From assembly GCA_022562475.1 (NCBI GenBank), contig JADFPD010000001.1:15172-79171 (forward strand): DNA of 64,000 nt. The letters run 5' to 3'. Below are positions 28,263-35,800 of the stretch, in pieces. Origin of the DNA: Chloroflexota bacterium. GTDB taxonomy: Bacteria > Chloroflexota > Dehalococcoidia > Lucifugimonadales > UBA3495. Within the stretch, counting starts at the first letter, position 1; the number at the start of each line of letters is the position of its first letter. A program made the translations under genes and the position numbers. The notes beneath the pieces are model-generated. The model made no database searches. It was not told the DNA's origin and saw nothing but the letters and a program-made list of their open reading frames with translations.

Positions 28263-29714
28263 ATGCCAGCCAGAACCGGCAAGCAGTACATCGATGGCCT
28301 CAGGGAACGGCCGCCCAACCTCTATATGTCTGGCAAAAAAGTAAAAGACGCGACCAAAGAGCCTGGACTGATGGGCGGCATCCGCACCGTGGCCCGGTTG
28401 TACGACCTGCAGCACGACCCAAAGGTCGGCAAGGAGATGACCTACGAGTCGCCGACCACCGGCGACCAGGTGGGCATGTCCTTTTTGACCCCCAAGACCC
28501 ACGAAGACTTGGACCGGCGGCGCGAGATGATGCGGCGCTGGGCCCAGATCACCTGCGGGATGATGGGCCGCACCCCCGATTTCCTCAACGTAAGCCTGAT
28601 GTCCATGGCCGCCGCGGGCAAGTACTTCGGCCAGAACCGCCCTGAGTTTGAGAAAAACATCCAGGATTACTACGAGATGGTCCGGGAGAAAGACCTGGTG
28701 CTGACCCACACCTTGGTCAACATCCAGCGGAACCGCTCCGGAGCCGCCACACCCTTGGACGACTCTGTGGACCTGGCCCTGTCGGTGGTCAAGGAGACCG
28801 ATGCGGGAATCATCGTCCACGGCGCCCGGATCCTGGCGACGCTCCCCATCTCCGACGAGATCGCCGTCTACCCAGCCCGCTCCCACCGGCTGCCCTCCGG
28901 CGCGCCGGGCAAGACCTCATTCGCTTTCGCCGTGCCGTGCGACGCCCCCGGGCTCAAGTTCCAATGCCGGGAGCCATTCGACCTGGAACGCTCCAGCTTC
29001 GATCACCCCCTGGGGTCGCGGTTCGAGGAGATGGACGCCCTAGCCTTCTTCGACAATGTCCTCGTTCCCTGGGAAAGGGTGTTTCTGTATGAAGACGTGG
29101 AGATGTGCAACGAAATGTCTCTGCGGACCCACCAATTCCTCCATTCGGGCCATCAAGTCGTTACCAAAAACGTGGTGAAATGCGAGTTCATCCTGGGGTT
29201 GGCCAACCTGATGGTCAAAACCTTAGGTTCACAGGAGATGCCCCAGGTCCACAACCTGATGGCGGAGATCATTGAGAATCTGGAGATCACCAAAGCCCTG
29301 CTGCGGGCTGCGGAAGTAGACGCCGAATTGGACGAGTGGGGGGTCATGTGCCCGGTTGACATGCCGCTGATGGTGGCCCGTCAGCAGTTCATCATGATGT
29401 ACCCGCGGATGGGCGAGATCCTGCATCTGCTGGGATCCAGCAGCCTGATGGCCCTGCCTACCGAAGAGGACTTTGAAGGCCCCCTCGCCGAACACCTGAA
29501 CAAGTACCTGGAGACCGACTTCTCATCGGCCAAGGACCGGGTGCGGCTCTTCCGGCTGGCGTGGGACACCTGCTGCAGCGCCTTTGGCACACGGCAGATA
29601 CTCTACGAGCGGTTCTTCCAGGGCGACCGGAACCGAAACGTGGTGCTGATGAACAACCGATACGACAAAGAGCCCATGAGCCAATTTGTCTTGGATTTCT
29701 TAAACCAGGAATAA
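28263..29714 (+). CDS. 4-hydroxyphenylacetate 3-hydroxylase (HpaB) family flavin-dependent monooxygenase, oxygenase component
   Basis: 483 aa, reading MPARTGKQYIDGLRERPPNLYMSGKKV...TPDFLNV...HTLVNIQRNRS. A GGAGGGG RBS is present. No reductase partner is adjacent. Confidence 0.88.
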   Translation: MPARTGKQYIDGLRERPPNLYMSGKKVKDATKEPGLMGGIRTVARLYDLQHDPKVGKEMTYESPTTGDQVGMSFLTPKTHEDLDRRREMMRRWAQITCGMMGRTPDFLNVSLMSMAAAGKYFGQNRPEFEKNIQDYYEMVREKDLVLTHTLVNIQRNRSGAATPLDDSVDLALSVVKETDAGIIVHGARILATLPISDEIAVYPARSHRLPSGAPGKTSFAFAVPCDAPGLKFQCREPFDLERSSFDHPLGSRFEEMDALAFFDNVLVPWERVFLYEDVEMCNEMSLRTHQFLHSGHQVVTKNVVKCEFILGLANLMVKTLGSQEMPQVHNLMAEIIENLEITKALLRAAEVDAELDEWGVMCPVDMPLMVARQQFIMMYPRMGEILHLLGSSSLMALPTEEDFEGPLAEHLNKYLETDFSSAKDRVRLFRLAWDTCCSAFGTRQILYERFFQGDRNRNVVLMNNRYDKEPMSQFVLDFLNQE

Positions 29715-29755
29715 AAAGCACGGCCGTAAAAACTAGCAGCCGGAACGCCGGAAGT

Positions 29756-31120
29756 CTAGTCGTCGGCCCCGGCCGTGCCCGGCACGAAATTGCTCCTGGC
29801 TTCAGGCGGCAGCGCGTCCTCCCAATCGGGGATCAGGACGTGAGAGGTGCTCTCCAACGTGGCGATGACCAGCAGTCCGGAGGCGCTAAAGGCCGCGGAC
29901 AGCACAAACACCGGATAGAAGGAGCCGGTTACGTAGATGACCAAGCCTGCTAGGAACGTTGTCACGGCGTGTCCGACGAACGCGCCGGTCATCTGCCATC
30001 CGTACACGCTCCCCATGGGACCGTCGCCAAAGTACCGCCGGTTGATCTCCAGATATCCGGTCCACTCGGCTCCAAACCCCAATCCGAACGTGGCGGCGAA
30101 GATATAAAAGACCCACGGGTCGTGTGCCCAGAGCAAAATAAGCACCGTTAGTGCCTGGATGCTCAAGCTGGCAGCCATAACCTTTCTGGGGCCCCAAAAC
30201 TCGGCCACCACCGGCGCTCCGAGCCTGCTGGCGATACTTACCAATGAGATAATGGTGATGATTAGCGCCGCGGAAGTAATGCTGAGGCCTTGTTCGACCG
30301 CCAAAGGAATCACGTAGATGAGAACGATCCCCATCCCGGCACAACCCAAAGCATGGATGACAGGGAGGTTCCAAAATGCCTTGGTGTGCCGCATCTCTTG
30401 ATTGAACACCTTGAGTCGAAGGGCCACCACGGCCCGGTCCTTGGGCGGAACTTCGGGTTCGTCGCTCGCCATCCCGTAGGGCCGGATTCCGATATCTGCC
30501 GGCTTGCTTCGTATGAATGGGAAGACCAAGAGCATGATTCCGGTACCTGCCAGGCCCACGATCGTGAAGGTCTGCTGCCACCCCATCGTGTCCAGCATGT
30601 AGGCGACCAAGGGCGCCAGGATCGCAGTCCCGATACCACCGGTGGCCCATAAGATGCCAACTCCCCAACCCAGGTGGCGTCGGAACCAGCCGCTGATGGA
30701 CGCCATCATCGGCACCATGGTGATGGAGGCGGCGAACGACATCAGGAAGCTGTAGAAAACGAAGAAATGCCACAGTTCGCTCACGAAACCCATCGCGACC
30801 ATGCCCACGCCGTACATCACAGCTCCCGCAAACATCATGGGCCGGGCGCCAAATCTGTCTCCCAGATATCCCGTTATGGGAGCGAATATGGCGCTGAATA
30901 CGTAATAGAGGCCGATGGCCATGCTAAGCTCACCGATGCCCCAACGGAAGCTGCCTTCGGGGTCGGTCAGGGGCGGCACCATAACACCGGCAATCATGAA
31001 AATGGAACTGCCGAAAACTTGGACGATCGCCAGCACTGCCACGATCACCCAGCTATAGTGGATGCCGAAGGGCAAATTGCTGGCCGAGAATCCCAGCCTT
31101 GGTTTATGTAGAAGGGCCAA
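29756..31120 (-). CDS. MFS transporter (oxalate/formate antiporter-like)
   Basis: 454 aa with 12 TM-like segments and the GYLGDRFGARP motif. It uses a TTG start. Confidence 0.88.
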   Translation of the reverse strand: MALLHKPRLGFSASNLPFGIHYSWVIVAVLAIVQVFGSSIFMIAGVMVPPLTDPEGSFRWGIGELSMAIGLYYVFSAIFAPITGYLGDRFGARPMMFAGAVMYGVGMVAMGFVSELWHFFVFYSFLMSFAASITMVPMMASISGWFRRHLGWGVGILWATGGIGTAILAPLVAYMLDTMGWQQTFTIVGLAGTGIMLLVFPFIRSKPADIGIRPYGMASDEPEVPPKDRAVVALRLKVFNQEMRHTKAFWNLPVIHALGCAGMGIVLIYVIPLAVEQGLSITSAALIITIISLVSIASRLGAPVVAEFWGPRKVMAASLSIQALTVLILLWAHDPWVFYIFAATFGLGFGAEWTGYLEINRRYFGDGPMGSVYGWQMTGAFVGHAVTTFLAGLVIYVTGSFYPVFVLSAAFSASGLLVIATLESTSHVLIPDWEDALPPEARSNFVPGTAGADD

Positions 31121-31228
31121 TTTCCGCGAACCGCCTATTTGGCTTTACTTCCGTATCTACGTAGTCCGTTAACCCGATGATGCGCCTCCCGCATTATACC
31201 GAATCGCTGATACTAAAACAGTCCACGA

Positions 31229-32041
31229 TCAAATCATGATGTTCATCTGATTGACGATTTTCTCGCCCAGCGCAGTGTCGCCGGCGACGGTGATCTTGCC
31301 GGAACCGAGGGCTTCGGCCGGGTTCCAGCGTCCGCAGCCCAGGCAGACGAAGGTCTCTACGTCGGTTGTGATCTTGACCGTCGGCGATGCCGGTTCCGAG
31401 TCCAGTTCGCTTCCCCGGCCCCCTTCGATCCCAACTGGGACCACACAGCCCGCCGGCCCGGTGATGTCGAACACCACGGTGACGCCGTCCGGGGATTGGG
31501 CTTTCCTGGCGGCCACGAAGGGCATCGCCCGGGCGACCCGGCCGACGGAATGGGCTGCGGTAAGTCCTTCCAGTTCGCCTGGAGTATTCAGCGCCCGCCG
31601 CATGTCTTGCTCGTGGACCCAGGCGTCAAAGATGCGGATGCGCACGAATTCAGTGACCGTGCCGGGACCGATGGGCGTCTGGGTCTCGGCGGCGAATCCC
31701 TCGTCGGTCAGGCCCCTCAGGAACGCCAGCCGTTGGCCGGTCAACTCCCGGAACTCATCCAGGACCCTTTGTCCGGGCCAAGAGCGGCGAAAGTCCACGA
31801 CCACCTCGTTCGACTGGCCGACGTCGTTCTTGACATGGGCCGTGTCTTCTGGCGTGTGGTCGGGCCGGGGATTGCCCAATATCCCAGACTCGGCGCCCAC
31901 CAGATGGGATACCTGGTCTTGGACCGACCAGCCGGGGCAGTCGGTAGGTGTCTTCCACTGGGCTTCTGTAAGGGGAGAACACAAAGAGTCGATGGAACTC
32001 CAGACGTGTTCCATCAGATCGACCACTTGCTGGTTACCCAT
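31229..32041 (-). CDS. maleylpyruvate isomerase-family (DinB/MDMPI_N) mycothiol-dependent-type enzyme
   Basis: The N-terminus reads HVWSSIDSLCSPLTEAQWKTPTDCPGWSVQDQVSHLVG, which is DinB-like. The C-terminal domain is SCP2-like. The RBS is AGGGAGAG. Confidence 0.8.
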   Translation of the reverse strand: MGNQQVVDLMEHVWSSIDSLCSPLTEAQWKTPTDCPGWSVQDQVSHLVGAESGILGNPRPDHTPEDTAHVKNDVGQSNEVVVDFRRSWPGQRVLDEFRELTGQRLAFLRGLTDEGFAAETQTPIGPGTVTEFVRIRIFDAWVHEQDMRRALNTPGELEGLTAAHSVGRVARAMPFVAARKAQSPDGVTVVFDITGPAGCVVPVGIEGGRGSELDSEPASPTVKITTDVETFVCLGCGRWNPAEALGSGKITVAGDTALGEKIVNQMNIMI

Positions 32042-32069
32042 GGCTCTCCCTTTAAATTGCTGGTTTGGG

Positions 32070-32573
32070 TTAGTGGGCCGCGCCCTCTTCTTCCTTCCGC
32101 ATGTTCTCCCGGCGGGTGATCAGGCGGATGGCTTCATCGGCGCCCATGCGCCCCACCGGTCCGGATGCGTACATGGCGCCCAGCACCGTGCCACCCCGGC
32201 CCAACAATAGCTCGGTGGGCTGGATGTACCCACCCCGGTCCTCTGACCACCATGACCCTAGTAGGTCGCCGTCGGCTTTGGTTGCGCCGTAGGCCATGGG
32301 GAAGGTCAATTTATTGTTGTCTCTGACCTCTGTGGCCAGTTCCTTGGTATCAACGCTGACAGCGTAGGTGGTGACGTCCAGTTCTTTCAGCGCCGCTTTG
32401 TTCGCTTCCCATTCGGCTAACTGCCGATTGCAGTAGGGTCACCAATGGCCCCTATAAAACAACAACGCCGTGTACCGGGTGGGTGCGTCGTCAGGTAGGG
32501 TTATCGAGCCCCCGTCCAGCATCTGGAGAGTCATCTTGGGGAGACGGTCTCCCTGTTGCAGTTTTTCGCCCAT
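32070..32573 (-). CDS. AhpC/TSA-redoxin (thioredoxin-fold) protein with in-frame TGA at the CxxC position: candidate selenoprotein (U-P-Y-C)
   Basis: The frame is open from ATG 32571-32573 (AAGGAG RBS) to the stop at 32070, with a single TGA at 32439-32441. The context is LLFYRGHW[TGA]PYCNRQL, where homologs carry WCPYC. The track shows only the 79-aa tail. Confidence 0.65.
32417..32436 (-). promoter_or_regulatory. hairpin immediately 3' of the in-frame UGA (possible bacterial SECIS)
   Basis: The RNA CUACUGC-AAUCG-GCAGU(U)AG forms a 7-bp stem with one bulged U, starting 3 nt after the UGA. The loop does not obviously match the classical GGUC-type loop. Confidence 0.3.
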
Positions 32574-32850
32574 TTCCACTCCTTCTTTTGGCCGCCTCGG
32601 GCCTTTGGATGCGCGCCAGATATACGATGCCCCACCACGGAAACGGTTGCGGCGTGATGGGCTAGATGGTGGGCGCCGCCAGAATCGGTGCCAGCATAGC
32701 CTTGGCTGAGCACGCCGTCAACAGAGGGGGATCTCAACGCGACCGTGCCCGTATGCCCGCGATTCAATACGCCGCCTTACTGAATCATGTCATAATACCG
32801 GCAACTCTTTAGGCGGCTCGCCCAAGTGCCCTTACAAACGTGAACTCCGC

Positions 32851-35800
32851 ATGAACGACGAGCGAAAAACCAAGAAACAGCTATTGGAAGACCTGAAGCG
32901 GGAGCGAGAACGCTCGATCGCGCTTCAGGACGTATCCAACCGGCTGGCAGGGGCCCACGACTCTGCTGAGGTCCTGGACCTCATTGTCAACGAGGCCACA
33001 CGGCTCCTAGGCGCGACCGCCGCGTGGATTCGGCTGATGGAGGGAGGCGTGCTGGTGCTTGCGGCAAGCACAACGGCGGCGGCGGGCTACCTTGCCGAGA
33101 TGGCGGAGATCAGTCCGGCCCTTTCAGTCGGGAAGGGCTTGACGATACCGGGCGAAGTGTTGGCCACCAAGAAGCCGTTTGCCGGTGTCGTTGCCGAAGA
33201 AACCAACATAACGCCACAAGCGCGTCAAGCCTTCGATAATTATGGGTTCCAGGGGATAGCCGTGATCCCTATGCTGGCGAATGACCGGCCGATCGGGGTA
33301 TTGATCGTGACGGACAGCCGCGAACGCCGCTTCACCGAGGATGAGGTCTCTCTCCTGATGGCCTTTGCCGACCAGGCGTCGCTGTCCCTGGAGAAGGCGC
33401 GCCTATTGAGTGAGGCAGGGCGTGAGAAAGATCGGTCCGAGGCGCTCGTCCAAGTTTCCAACCAACTGGCCGGCGTCCACGACACGGAAAAAGTGCTGGA
33501 CCTGATCGTGAACGAGGCCGCCCGGCTCGTGGGGGCATCTGCTGCGTATCTGCGGTTGTTGGAAGGAGGCGTTTTGGTTCCCAGCGCCGCCACGGAGTCG
33601 GCGGCAAGTTTTCTCGCCCAGCAAGCTGAGGTCCAGCCGGCCCAACCCGTCGGAGCTGGGGGGAGCATGGTGGGCCGCGTGATGGCCACCAAGAAACCTT
33701 ATCTAACGGAGGACGTACGGGAAAGCGAGATCATCAGTTCCGCCGGGCGTCTCATCTTTCAAACACATGGCTTCCAAGGCGTGGCCATTGTCCCACTGCT
33801 GGCTAATGACCAGTCCATAGGCGTGCTAACGGTGATGGACAAGCGTGTACGCCTATTCACCGATGATGAAGTCTCCCTCTTGGCCGCCTTCGCCGACCAG
33901 GCGTCTCTGGCCCTGGAGAAAGCCCGGCTCTTGAACCAGGCGGAGCGGGAGAAGGAACGCTCGGACACCCTCTACGAGATCTCCAACAAACTGGCCGGCG
34001 TCCACGACACCGACGATGTGTTGGACCTGATCGTCAACGAGGCTGCACGGCTCTTGGGCGCGTCCGGCGCCTGGATTAGGTTGCTGGACGGAAACGTGAT
34101 GGTACCAAGTGCCGCCACAGGGTCCGCCGCCGCCTATATCGCCGAGCAGGCCAAGATTAGGCCTACTCTCGCAGTGGGGGAGGGGGTGAGCATGATCGGT
34201 CACGTGATGGCCACTAGGAAACCCATGGTCGCCGATGATGTCCCAGATATTACGACTCCCGAAGTGCGCGCCATGCTCCACGAACATGGATTTTACGGGT
34301 CCGCCGCGGTTCCTTTGGTCGCCAACGACCGGTCCATCGGTGTGCTCACTGTCACGGACAGCCGCATCCGCCGATTTACTGAAGACGAAGTCTCCCTCCT
34401 GATGGCCTTCGCCGACCAGGCATCTCTGGCCCTGGAGAAAGCCCGGCTCTTGAACGAAGCGGAGCGGGAGAAGGAACGCTCCGAAGCCCTCTACCAAGTC
34501 TCCAACAAGCTGGCCGGTGCCCACGACACGGACGAAGTTCTGGACCTAATCGTGAATGAGGCTGCCCGGCTCGTAGATGCATCCGCCGCATATCTGCGTT
34601 TGTTGGAGGGCGAAGTATTAGTGCCCAGCGCCGCGACAGAGTCCGCTTCCGCTTATCTTGCCGATGCTGCCGAAGAGAGGCCGGCTATCGGAATTGGTAC
34701 AGCCTCGACGGGTCATGTGATGGCAACCAAGAAACCCTTGGTCGGAGATAATGCCCAGCGGCTAAGATCTCCAGAAGCGATTCGGAGTCTCAACGAACAC
34801 GGTTTTCACAGTTCGGCTCTGATTCCATTGCTGGCCAACGACCGGTCCATAGGAGTGCTCATCGTATATGACAAGCGCATTCGCAGCTTCACCGAAGATG
34901 AAGTTTCCCTTTTAACAGCCTTCGCCGACCAAGCGTCGCTGGCCCTGGAGAAAGCCCGGCTTTTGAACAATGCGGAGCGGGAAAAGGAACGCTCGGACAC
35001 CCTCTACGAGATCTCCAACAAGCTGGCCGGCGTCCACGACACCAACGAAGTGCTGGACCTAATCGTGAACGAGGCTGCCCGGCTCATCGGCGTGTCTGCG
35101 GCCTGGATTTTTTTGTTGGACGGAGAAGTGATGGTTGCCGGAGCCGCCACGGAGCCTGAACGAGGAATGCTTGCGGACATCGTCAATTTTAATCCAAACC
35201 TCAAAGCGGAAGAAAAGTCGAACGTGCTTGGCCATGTGATGGCCACCAAAAAACCCTTGTTCGGAGAGGATGCCGAGCAGATGATGTTTCCAGAAACTCG
35301 TCAGATCTTCCTAGAACACGGTTTTCAACCCAGCGCCAGCGCTAGTGTACCTCTGGTGACAAATGACCGGTCCATCGGCGTTCTCGCTGTGATGGACAAG
35401 CGGACCCGCCGTTTCACCGATGATGAAGTCTCCCTCTTGTCCGCCTTCGCCGACCAAGCGTCGCTGGCCTTGGAAAAAGCAAGACTCTTGAACGAAGCGG
35501 AGCGGGAGAAGGAACGCTCGGACGCGCTCTACCGAGTCTCCAACATGCTAGCGGGAGCCCACGACACGGGCGAAGTTTTGGACCTGATCGTGAATGAGGC
35601 TGCCCGGCTCGTCCATACAGACGCCTCTTATTTCCATCTGTTGGATGAAGAAAACTTGGTGATCGGCGCCAATACCGATTCCGTATCCGGGTATCTCGCA
35701 GAGGCACCAGCTCTCCTAGTTGGGGAAGGGACTAGCATTGCGGGTCACGTGATGGCCACCAAAAAACCACTGGTGGTGGAGGATGTGACGGAAAATGAAT

